A stretch of DNA of 64,000 nt from a virus (lineage: Duplodnaviria; Heunggongvirae; Uroviricota; Caudoviricetes): IMG/VR virus record IMGVR_UViG_3300030294_000676; one strand, written 5' to 3'. Of the stretch, positions 11,575 to 24,800 are shown one piece after another (within the stretch, counting starts at the first letter, position 1; every line of letters starts with the position of its first letter). The translations under genes were made by a program, and so were the position numbers. Below the pieces are notes generated by a model. It worked only from the letters and a program-made list of their open reading frames with translations. It had not been told where the DNA came from and searched no databases.

Positions 11575-13427
11575 TGAAATATAATATAAATAAATTTCAA
11601 CAAGGGGGTGGGTTTGCAACATTCACCCCCATCATTGAACAACAACCTGTACAAGCAACTTCTTCATCATCTAGTTCATCTAAAGAAAGTAAACATACTA
11701 TTTCATCTATGTTAGATGATGATGTATTTAAAGATTTAATGGGTAAAGGTTTAGTAAATGATGTTAACGGATTTGTTTCTGAATTAGCTAAAATTGAATC
11801 AACTAATTCGGGAAGTATGTATCCATATGCTCAAAGTAATAATAGAGCAATGTCATTAAGATTAGTTGGTAAAATTAATGAACTTAAACAAAGTAAATCT
11901 GCTTGAGATGAAGCTGCTAAAACAGCTACTGCTGCAGGAGGTTATGGTGAAGTTGCTGTAAATAATGATATGGTTTATGGTAAAGATGCTAAAGGAAATG
12001 TTAGTGCAATTAACGTTAACGAATACGATAAACACAAAGATCAATATAAACTATTATCTGTTGCAGAGTTATTAAATGAAAGACAATATAATCCTAAATT
12101 ATCAGGACAAAATTCAATATTTGATGTTGCAAATAATGCTATTGGGTTAGATAAAATAAAAACTAATCTTAAAGATTTAATTGCTTCTTTAGGAACAGAA
12201 GATACTCATAATGAAAATTTTTATTCTAAAGATCAAGTTAAAGGACAGTATGATATTTTAAAATCACAAGTATCAGTAAAAGGTCCAACAAAAGAACAAC
12301 AATCTGCTTTAGAAAGTTTAAATCAAATAATTAACACTCCTGGAGATCATTATAAAGTTATTACAGAAAATAGTTCAGAAAGAAATCATATTGATAAAGC
12401 TTTAGACTATTTATGAAAAACAATGGATGTTCATGCTCAACAAAAACTAAAAGCAACTGCTATAGTTAATGGTGGTAAAGATCCAAGAGATTTTATATTA
12501 GATATGTTGATTACTAATACAACTGCTAAAACATCTTCTGCGATTTCTCCAGAGAAATTACCAGGAGCTACAGAAGAAGCTTCAGCCGCGGCAAAAGGAT
12601 TAGCTAATGTATCACCTTTTGAATTATTACATAATGGCAAAACTGGTTCAGCTCCAATGCAATGAAATGATATTACAACTAATAAGAAAATGATATTACA
12701 TGTTACAGGTGCTGCAAGATTAGCTACAGAAGATGGAACTCCATTAGGTATGACTACATTTAAAAATATAATGAATTCTAAAAATGGTTCTCTTGTTGAT
12801 ATGAGTAAGGCTACATTTGGTGATAAAATTATTGGAATGAAAGGCGCTAATGATATTATTTATGATGGTGGAACTGCTGCTAAAGTATATATGCCGTCTA
12901 ATAATGATGGTACTGTTAATTATAATGCACTTAAACAATTTAATGAAGTTCAATCAGAAATTGAAAAACATAAAAATGATTGGTCTCCTGCTATAATCAA
13001 TGATTATTACAAACGTCATGGATTTGGATATGTTCAAGTTGGTAATGATTTTGTAGTACGAGAAAACAATAATATAAAACCATTCTTAATAATGTATGGT
13101 TATACTGCTGAAGGTGCTTCTGAAGCAGATAATAATTCTGAAGTTAAAGCCTTGGACAGTAAAGAACAAGATACTGTATCAGATGCTTTAAAAACAGTAT
13201 GAAAAGATAATAAAGTTAAGGCTCCTACTGGTTGAACTGATATGACAACCACTTATTATAAAGGAATGATTGCAGTTCCATATAAACGAGATGCTTCTAT
13301 ATATGCTGCTTCAATTGCAGGTCATATGCAGAATAAACAACAAAACTTAACAGATGCTAGAGTAGATCTGCAAAAATATGAAACTCCACAAGTTAAAGCT
13401 GATTTCAGTTTTTTCAATAGTAAATAA
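11574..13427 (+). CDS. Virion cargo protein, 617 aa (5 TGA=Trp)
   Basis: ORFs 11574, 11970, 12423, 12690 and 13242 are all frame 0 and joined by TGAs. N-terminus MKYNINKFQQGGGF. Ends TAA. Confidence 0.75.
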
Positions 13428-13435
13428 ACAATAAT

Positions 13436-16400
13436 ATGGAAATTACAAAACCAAATGATATATTTTCTGCATTAGTGCAGAAACCAGATTTAAATTTATT
13501 CGATTTAGCTAGTTCTAATGTTGTTCCAAGTAATACTCAACTATTACCTATGGACGATTATAAAAAATTAGATAAAGTTCAATCGATGTTTAAAGATGCA
13601 TCTGGTAAATTCGATGACAAAACCTTCAACGCAGCTTATCAAAAAGCTGCGTCGTTGTATAATGACCTAGGAAATGATAAAGCTTTAGCTAAAGCGTTAG
13701 AATATGATCCAACAGATTTTACTGCTCCAAAAGGAGCATTACGTGCAGATGTAGCTCCAGTTATAACTAAGGATTATAATCCGTTTAAACAATTATATAG
13801 TAAAACTGGAATAAATAGTATTGATGTATCTGATTTATCTTTAAGAGAATTAGCTCAACAATCAAAAGTATATGATTCTGAATCTAAACAATGATTAGAT
13901 AAATCAGCTAATGACATGGGTTTAATGGGTTCTTTAGTGGGACCTACAATGGTTTATGCTCAGTGGGATGAAGATGGTGCTGATATAGATCCTATGACAA
14001 AAAGACATGTAAATCATAAAAAAGGTGATTGGAAATATGATAAAGATGGAAATCTTTATATTGAAACACTTGGTAAACGTGAAGTATATGGTAAACAAAT
14101 AGTAAATCCTATGGATTTAATTACTGTTGATGGTTCTAAATTAAATAAAGTAGATTTCTTTGATTCTGATGGTAAAGATAAATCTGTATTTGGGACTACT
14201 ATGAAACTTGCTACACAAGTTGCACCTTATTTAATTCCTGGAGTTAATGTATATTATGGTGGAATGAAAATGGCATTAGGTTTAGCTACTGTACTTCCAA
14301 CTTTTTATAAAGCCGCAGAAGCATTATTTACAGGTGATACTGAAAAAGGTAATGAAACATCACTATGGAAAGCAATGAATACTGCACAAGGATATCTTTC
14401 TAAATATGATGTTAGAAGTATTTCAGATGCGGGTTCACAATCTATGTGGAATTATGAACAAATGGGAAGTATGGTTGCAGATACTTTTTCACAAATCTAT
14501 GAACAACGTGCTGCTGGTAGTTTGTCTAATTTATTTTATAAGTCACATGAGACTGAATATTTAGCAAAATTAGCTAATCAAACTGAAGATATTCTTCAAG
14601 ATGTTGCTATTGGTGATGCTGTAAAAGGTATAACTAGAAGTAAAGAAAACTACGAACGTCTTGCTCAAGTTGCCTACGATAAAATTGGAACACTTGAATC
14701 TATAAATCATAAACGATCACAATTAGCTGAAACATTAAACTTAGGTTACATGGCTATGACGCAATCTGCTGATGTTTATGGTGATGCTAAAGCTGGAGGA
14801 TATGATAATAGAACAGCAGGTTTTGCTGCATTATTAGCCGCATCAGGTCAATATGCTTTAATGAAGAATAATAATTTAGGTCACTGGTTTTTAGATAAAT
14901 CTACAGGTTATACTGAAGAAGTTAATAAAGCTGGAATTAGAAGTGTTACTCGTGAATTAATGGGTGAAACACAAGAAGCTGTTAATTTACTTGCAACAGA
15001 TAAAATTGCTGGTAAAAAAGCATTGGGGAATGTATTTTCAAAAGCTAAACAAGGATTTCAAAATTTAATTACACAACCTATTGGAGAAAGTCAATTAGCT
15101 GAAAAATTATTTAAAGTATCAATGATTGAAGGTATTGAAGAAGTTTCAGAAGAACTTGCTTCTGATGCAGCTAAAGGTATTGTTGATATTATGAGTGCTT
15201 GTGGATTTACTAAGAAACAAGGTTCATTTGGAGGATTTGATAATGTATTTAGTAAATCAGGATTTGAACGTTATGTATCTAACTTAGTTGGAGGTATGGT
15301 TGGAGGACCTATGTTTGAATTAGAACATTCAGTTATATCACCTATTTTATCTGGACACGGTATTGAACAAGAAACAAAATATAATGTACTTCAACTTGTA
15401 GCTAATGGTCAAGCAGAAGATTTATATAAAGAAATTGATAAACAAAAAAGTAGATTTGGAAGTACTGATTTATCTCCAGTTACAACTAATGTAGATGGTA
15501 AACAAATTTATCTAGCTAAAGATGGTGATAGTGGAATGAGTCAAGCTGATGTTATTGCTAATGCTACTAAAGCATATATTCAAAATGCTGATAGAATTTT
15601 AAATCTTGAAAACATAAAAGAAGATGATGAATCTGTTATTAGAAAAGCAATTGTTGATGATATTAGAATTGCTGATTTAAAGAAAAACGGAACTGATTCT
15701 TTTGTAAAATCAGATTTTACTCAATTAATTGGAGATATTGTAGATCTTACTACTCAATTAGAAAATGTACAAACTGAAAAAGATGATAAAAGTGTAAATA
15801 AAAATGAAGTAGGTAAAGGTGATATTCAATCTAAACTTAATGAAAAAAGAAAGTTAGTTGAAGAATTATTAAAAGGTGAAAAGGCTGAATACTATCATAA
15901 GTTATCACTATTTACATTAAATAAAAATTTACACGCACCATTTATTTCTTTATCTGTTGACGATTATGTTAAAGATAAATATGATAAAGATTTCTATTCA
16001 CTTAGTGAATCTGAAAAGAAAACTTATAAAGCAGAATTTGATAATATATTTGATGAAAGTAAAGGTGATTTTAAAAACAAAATGAAATCAATGTTTGATA
16101 GATTTTTGGAAATTAATGAAGAGTTCTCACATTCAATTGCAGAGTTTAATGCTGATGGATATGCTAATACTAGAAGTTCATTCTTAGCTAACTTTAGAAA
16201 TAAAGGTAAAGGTTTAAGTTTAACTGACGCTTATACTAACTGACAATGATTACAACAATTAAATACTGAATTAGATAAGAATGGTTTTAGAACTGCAAGT
16301 CTTACATCTGATACTGATATTGATGTTGCTCATTTCTTAAACGATATGAATTTAATTCAAATTGGTTTACCAGAAGAACAAAAAGTTGAAATAATTAACA

Positions 16401-19400
16401 GACGTGATGCTTTAATCAATCCTAAACTTGAAGAATTAAATAAGTTAGAAGAACAATTATCTACTGTTACAGAACCAGATGAAATTAATACAATAAATGA
16501 AAAAATTGCTCCACTTCAAGAAGAAATTAATACTGATATTAATAATGCTGATGTAGAATTAAATCAAAAGAGGGATATTAATACTTTAAGTACTGGAGAT
16601 AAAGAACATTTATTTGCTATTGTAAATTCATTAGGTCTTCCGTCTACAGAGTTAGATTACGGTATTATACAAAAAGCATTTGATGCTTATAACGGAAGTA
16701 AAAATGGACGAGTAAAACAAATCATGGGTGAGAAAGAAACAATTTCTCAATCTGCGGATTTAGCTACAGAAGATGTTCTAATGCAACATTTAGCCAAAGA
16801 TAGTGAAATTACAACTATTGGGAACATTGGAACAATCCACGTTAATGGATATGAAAAGAAAGCTGTTAATAAAGATTTAATAAAATCTAAATTATTAGTT
16901 GAAGCTAATAAAGTATTAGATGAATTATCTAGTGTTACTAATGAAGATGGAATTATTAGTTTTTCTGATGCTGACCAAATTTTAGCAGACTGATTTGACA
17001 AAGATACTGATGAAGTTACTCATGATATTGTTACAGCATTAGATACTTATGTTCAAAATAAAGGAACTGATGTAACACTTACTGAAATTCAAGATGTATT
17101 CAATTCTACTGTTAAAAGTAAAATGGATCAAATATCTATCAATCAAGGAAATTCAGATCCTAAATTAGAAGAAGTTTATAATGAAGCGCTACATTCTGAT
17201 GATGATTATTATACTTTTACAAAAGGCAATGATAAGATTTCACCACGTAGATCTTTATTAATTAAATATGCTAATAATGTAATTGCTAGAGGTGAAGATT
17301 TAGATAATGAAGCGGTTAAAGAATTAACAGATGCTGCTAATGAAATTAGAGTAAATATTCAAAATAGTTCTCTTTCTGCATTAATTCCTGATTTAGATAA
17401 TTTTGAATTCGATGAAAATTCAGAATTAGGTAAAGCTTTAATTGATCGTGGATATAAAGACTATTTAAACATTCATGAAATTCTTAAATACAATAAACGT
17501 AAAATGAATACGTTTTTGGACAAGTTGAATGAGTTTCAGATAAATCTATGAGGTAAAACAGGTCCTATTTCATTCTTTAAACTATTAAGAGATAATTATG
17601 ATTTATTTGATAATATTGTAGCACCGTCTCAATTTATTAGAAATAATGTTCAAATTGATCAATTAAATAAAGCTTTATCTACAATAACTGCTGTACGTTC
17701 TGTAATTTCAGCAATGACTTCTACAGAAGTAGGATTAGGTGGTGATTTGTATGGTTATAATGTTTCATTAAATATGGCTGCTGAAAAGTTCGAAGAAGTT
17801 AGTGGAAAATTTGGATTGGTTGATAGTACGTCAGCTAAGATCATAAATGATGATTTAACTTTCATTTCAGATAAATTAAACTATTTTAAAACTCTTGCAG
17901 AAAGAAACTCTGGATCTTTAATTGAAGAACATAATTTAATCAAAACAGCATTAGTTAGTTCTATTTTAAAAAGAATGACTGATGGTTCTGAAATTTCAGC
18001 AGGTAAACTAACTGTGAATGGAAGAACTTTAATAAATCAAAATGATCTTGATGCTATTAATAAAATAGTTTTAGCTGAAAGTAAACTTGCTGAATTTGAA
18101 CATAGAATTTATACTAATTTTCATAATGCTGAAGGAAACTTGACAGACAAATTAGATGAAGTTTTTGCTCCGTTTAAAGGCAATGATAATTCTGAAAATA
18201 TTATCAAGTCAATTATTGATGGTAAGGATTCTAATCTGACAAAGGATTTGACTCAACTTGAGAAAAAAGATTGATATTTTTATTTACATTCTGTACTGGC
18301 TCTTAGTAGTAAAGATTTTTATCTAAACTATAAAAAGTTACTAGAAAATGAAGTATCTTTGTCGGAAGTAAAAGCTCCATTTTTTGTACAACAATTTGTA
18401 CAAAGACAAGAACAAGCTTATTTTAATGGTAGATTAGGAAAAGATATAATGGCTCATTCTATAGAGTTTGTACAACCTAGTATTTATACTTTAAAGAATT
18501 CTATACTTGCTGATGCAAAAGATGCAGGTACTACAATTACTGAAAAAGAAGCCTATAAACAAGCTATTGATCAATCTAGAAGTTTCTCTATTGGATATGT
18601 ATTTAATGTTCTTGGCTCTGCTGGAACAGGTAAAACTACAATTTTAGGAAACTTTCCTTTAAGAATGATAATTGATTCTAAAGTTCCGAGTGAAAATATT
18701 TCTATTCATGCTTTAGCACCAACACCTAAAACACTTACTGGATTAAAAGAGAATTTAAAGAATCAGGTATCTGTTGAAATAAAAGAAGACTTAATTAAAG
18801 ACTACATTAAAACAATGATTGGTTCTAAGTATGATGAATACATGGAACAATTAAATTTAATAGAACAAGATAAATATGATGATTTAAATCCTGAGATTTT
18901 TATAAAAGGTGAAGGAGATGGTGCAGTTGCTATAAATGAAAAATGGTTAGATTCTGTATTCTTAGGTCATAATATTGAAGGTTCTAAAATTGTAATGATT
19001 GATGAGATGAGTCAATTATCTACACTTGAATGGCAAATGTTTAATTATCTAGCTAAAAACAATAACTACTATGTTATTGCAATGGGTGATAATTTACAAA
19101 ATGGAAGTAAAATTGGTACTACATCATTTTCTACACAGAATATATCTACTCCTAGATCTATTAAACTTAAAAGTACAATTAGATCTAAGAATGTACACCA
19201 TAATGATAATTGTATTCTTATGGAGAATTTTACAGATGCTATTTATAGAGATTCATATTTGAAAGAACCTATTAAATATAGACCTACTTTAGTTTATTAT
19301 GATAAAACATTTTTAAATGGAGATAAGTTTGTAGATAATCTTACAAAAGCTGATCTTTTAAAATTAGATACTTCTAAAGAAATTGTGTTCTTAACTGATA

Positions 19401-21883
19401 GTGGTAAATTATCTGATTCAACACAATCTTTAATTACAAGTACTTTAGGTATTCAATCTGCTGACATTAAAGTTTATTCTAAAAATGTACAAGGTGAAGA
19501 ATTTGATCAAGTAGTAATTCTTGATCCAATTAAAATATCTGATTCTGATTTTGATACTATACGTAGTTTATATACTCTTGTTACTAGATCTAAAATTGGA
19601 ACTTTAATTGTTGGTTCTAAAACTCTATTAGATAATTTTGGAATTAAAACAGAAATGTCATTAAGTACAGAAGAAAAAGTATTTGATAACGATAGAGCTA
19701 AAGATTTCTTAACTAAGAGAATTGATGAATTATCAGATATGACAAAGGATTATAAACAATCTGATCCTATAAAACATAAAGATGTTAAAGTTGTAAATGA
19801 GAAATTTAATACCGATTGGAAAGAAACTTCAGACCCTGAAATAATTACTCCAATTTCTACTACTGTTCAAACTAAAGATCCTAGTAATATATTAGGATAT
19901 TCATTCTTTAATAATATTGGAATTCATGATATTTCTAATAACTTAGATAAAATAATTGGATCTGATATTGATATTGATGACTTAATAAAGAATAGTACTG
20001 GAACTGATTTAGGTTCAATTCTTAGATTAGTAAATATATCTGATCAAAGTGTTAGAGATGTTGTTGGCGATTATATTAAATGGAAAAATTTAGTATTATT
20101 TTCTACAATTGATAACACAATTTATACTAGACCTGATGATTTTAGATTATTTAATAATGATACTAAACAAAAAGATTTAGTAATAAGAAAACTTAAAAGT
20201 GGAGAGTATACTGATCCTTATGGTAAACTAGTAAATAGTAATGCTTTAAAAGGTAAAGATATTTATGTTCTTGGAATGAATGTTGAAATTGGTGGTGCAA
20301 ATCATTTTATAACTCTTTCAGCATTGCCTGATATTTCAAATCCTGCTGTTAAAGCTAATGTTGATTTCGAAAAACTTTCTAAGTTATATGATTTAGCAAG
20401 TAAAGGAGATATTACAGTTGATAGTGCTGATATTAAAACATATATGGGAGTTCAAGTTCCAACTATGAATGATGCTCAAAAAGATGCCTTTAAAAAGGAT
20501 TCTGCTATAACTGTAAAAGATTTAAAAGCTAAATTTCCAGGAGCTTTCATTAGTGAGATTAAAGTATTTAGAGGTCCAAAATATGATGCACATGGTGTAT
20601 TACAAAATGGAGATTATCTTAAATATATTAAAAAAACAATGGAAGAATACAGACAAACTCCTTATAATACTCAAGGTAAGAATGAAACTAATGATGAATT
20701 CACATTAAGAAACTCGGAAGAATATTACAACCGATATGCTTATAGACCTTATGTTACTATTGAATATGTTAAAGGAAATATTAAATATTCTAAATTAGTT
20801 GTATTAAATGCTAAAAGTAGAACTTTAAGTGAAGCTTGAACACAAATAACTACAGCTGATACAGAACTTAAAGCTGATAAGAAATTAAAAAATCAAGAAC
20901 ATCTTGCTGACCATGAAACAGATGTAGATGCTAAATATAAAAAATTAGCATTAATGTCTAAATATACTGGATGGAAAGTATTCTATGATTTCTTAAAATC
21001 TGAACAAGTTGCTGGTAAAAACATTGATACTATTATTGATGATATGGTTAATCATATTTCTTGGAAAAATTATTTATCTAAGAATGATTTAGAATCATTT
21101 CATATTGTAGAAACTTTAATGGATTTAGGGCGATTTATAAACAATGATGCATCAACTCAAAAAACTTTTGATGATTTATTAGAAAATCCTAAATTAAAAT
21201 CCATAATCGGAAATAGATTTAGAGATGTTATACCTGTTAAAATTCCAAATCCTTTATATGTTATACATAATATAATGACAGAAGGTAAATCTCAATACGA
21301 AGATACTGTAACTAGATTTAATAGTTTTGTTCAAACTTATGACAAACCTATCTATTACAATACTATTATTGATTCTCCTGCTGTTAGTGGTGAATTTGAA
21401 GGTAAATTACCAGTATCTACTAATAATAATTATGAAATGCAATATCCTGTTGAACCTAATCAAATTATGTTAAATATGGATAAAATATTAAGTAAGATTG
21501 GTGGAAACGAAGTAAATACTAATAATGTAAAAACTGAACCAACATTAGTTGGAGTAGAAATACCAAATCACATATCATTTGATTTTGAAGGTAATACATT
21601 TGGAGTTCCACTTGGTAATTTGTTTGACAAAGCAAAAGATGTTGAAAAAAGTAAAGCTGTAGTAAGCAAAATAATAAATGGATTTATTGATCAAAATTAT
21701 GATGATTTAGATGTTGAAAATGGAGTGTTAAAGATGGACGGATTAAATATAACTAGTGCCCTAAGTTCATTATTTGAATTAGGTCCTGATAAAAATGTTC
21801 AACTTAATAAAAACAATTCATTAATCAAAAATCTAGTATTAAGTGGATTAAATGATAATAACCAATACAATTGTAAATTTTAA
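13436..21883 (+). CDS. Giant virion protein 1 (2815 aa, 7 TGA=Trp) with SF1 helicase-like P-loop domain
   Basis: Seven track ORFs lie in one frame joined by TGAs. Motifs GSAGTGKT (18614), MIDEMSQL, AMGDNLQ, QGEEFDQVVI and LYTLVTRS. Ends ...YNCKF-TAA. Confidence 0.8.
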
Positions 21884-21890
21884 ATAAAAA

Positions 21891-24800
21891 ATGAGTAAAT
21901 GTTCACAAAATTTTAAAGCAATAATCAAGAAACTGAATGGTGCCAAGGGGATAGAACCCCTTGGTATTTTCGGTTCTGATTTAGTAGATAATGAAAAATT
22001 AAATGAAGAAATATCTGCTGCGTCAGATTTTATATTAAAGGGAATAGAAGAATCTCCTGAAGCACGGGTGTATGATTTCAATTCGTTATATTTATCAATG
22101 TCAAAGTTAAACAAACCTAACTTAACTTCTGATAATATTAATGAGATTATATCTCAAGTTAGATATGGACTATCTAAAACATCTGGATCGTTATCAACTA
22201 ATCCAACTTTAATAGATGCTTCAAATATAGCAAAACTATTAAAACATGATAAATCACTTGAAAATTTTTTAGATTCTGAATTAGAGTACGCTATGTATGC
22301 TGTTTCATTCGTTAATAACGATAACAGGGATAACGGATTTAATAACTTTGTAGTATCTGATTTAGCATTGGAACATAATATCTTTGTTTATAAGAATGAT
22401 ATTTGAAAATATCTAACTAAAGTTTCAGGAGTAACTGAAGTAAAAGATTCTAATCTGTATAATACAGATAAAGATTCTACTGGATCTCGTGCATTTAGAT
22501 TGAATCCTGATTTATTTTTTCCAGATACAGATGGTAAAACACCATATTCTAAAGTATTAGAATCAGTAACAACTAAATTTGAAGCTTTAGATAAATATAG
22601 TATTGATACTAAAGGTATTTCAACTACATCAGGATATATAAGAATGTTGATTCTTACAAATTTTGATAAATTAATGTCAGAAAAACATGGAGATGTAATA
22701 AATGTAAATCCGGATGGGATGAATACATATGCACCTCCTTCTAATAGTGAATTTAAATATACATTAAAATTTAAAGGAGCATCTACTTCAACATGAGCTT
22801 CTGATTCAATAGAAGGAACTGATGTATCACATCATACTTCAAGTTTATTTAAATTACTTTCTAATATCATCCCATTCAAACAACACAATGTAATTGAAGA
22901 ATCTGAAGAATCAAATGGAGATAAAACTTCAGGATATTTATTTGGAAATAATCGTATTACATTAGGAACAACTAGTGTTAATGTTATTGGAGCAGTAATG
23001 AATTCATTACCTCAAGACTTAACACTTAATATTAAAGGTTCAAAACTAACAGTTGATGAAGCATTTGAAAGACATGAACGTGATAATAACGATATACCAT
23101 TCAGAACAATATTAAAAGCTTTAGTAAATGAATCTGATAAATATGATGATTTAAGTATCATTAAAAATTATATGTATAGTATTCATGATTTCTTATATCA
23201 TAGAGATACTGGAGTTGTGGGATTATTTAATGAATGGAAAGCAACTAATATCGGTATATCTGATAAACCAATTGATATTGAACAAATATTAATTCACGCT
23301 ATAAGAAATACAGTTAAAAATACATATAGATCGGAAGATGTAGAAGGAAATGGTACAACTGTTGACAATCTACATATGGATACTAAAGTAGGTGTGGATT
23401 TCAAACAACTTGTAAATAATACAGTTTCTTATAAGCAAAAACTTAAAACAGATTCTACTATATTTAGAGATGCTGATTTTTCTACTTATGGTGGAGTATT
23501 TGCATTTATTGATAAATATGCTGATATACAGTTATCTAAAGAAAGTAAAGAATCATTTTTAGGTTCTACTAAATCTGAATCAGATCCATTAACAGCTAAT
23601 ACTAGAAAATCATTAGAAAATCTTTTAATGAAAGATATTAAAGTTATGAATGAAGATGTCTCTTTAGCTGATAGAGTATTAACTAATGATGAAATTATAG
23701 CTAAACTACAAGAAGATAATGTATCTAAAGAATTTGACTTTAAAAAGTTATTTAAATTAAGACATCAAGAAGAAAAATATAACGTTGTAACACAAGTTAA
23801 AAGTTCGGAAGGTGATTCATGACCAACTATGTCAATTGCTTATGTTGGAGCATTAACTGGAAGATTATTAGCTAAAGCAAATGCTAATACTTTCTTTAAA
23901 CAAAATCCTAATCTAATAAAAGGTACTGCTATTATAAGTGAAGTAGTTGGTAAAAATGAAGCTAAATCAATTGATGAATTAAATTCAAAAGATTTATTTA
24001 AACTTGCATTTACTAGAAATTTCTTAATGTCAAGTATTAATGAAGATAGAATGTTTATTCAACCTTGGAATTTTTCTGATAAAGGTAAGATATTAGCTTT
24101 AGAAATTAATTCAAATGTTACAGATAACTTAGGTGGAACACTAGCTAAATTATCAAGTGATGAATTAAAATCTCACTTTAAACAAAATCAATTACAATAT
24201 TATACATCAGTTATAAATAATATTCATGCTGATTTATTATTGATTGATAATTCATCTTCATTATCTACAGTACGTGATCCTAAAGATAAAATTAGTCAAA
24301 TTGAAGAATTCTTTGAAAAAAATACTAGTGTTAAAGCTATTGAAAAATTAACAAGATCTTATACACATAATCATAGTAATGATGATAATTTTAGAAATCC
24401 TGAAATAGTTAGAGATTTACATTATTCTGAATATTCAGTTGATGGTAAAAAGGCTTTGAAAATTAATCAAGCTCTTAAAACTAATTTCATGATATTTAAT
24501 GATCAATCATTATTTAATGAATGGAGTAAAAATATGGAAGGAAGTTTAGCTTCTTGAACATTAGAAAATACACATATTTCTCCAAAAGAAATCAAATTAA
24601 ATACTAAATTCGAAGGAACTTATCATGTTAAATCTGAACACATTGCTGAACAAATAGCTAAACATTTTAATATAGATGTTGATGATATTTTTGATTATAA
24701 TATGGAAGATGGTAAAAGAATATCAGTTAGTAATCTTAAATTGAATAATGCTGATGGTACTGAACTATCTGAATTAGGTAGAAAATATATGTGGTCTAGA

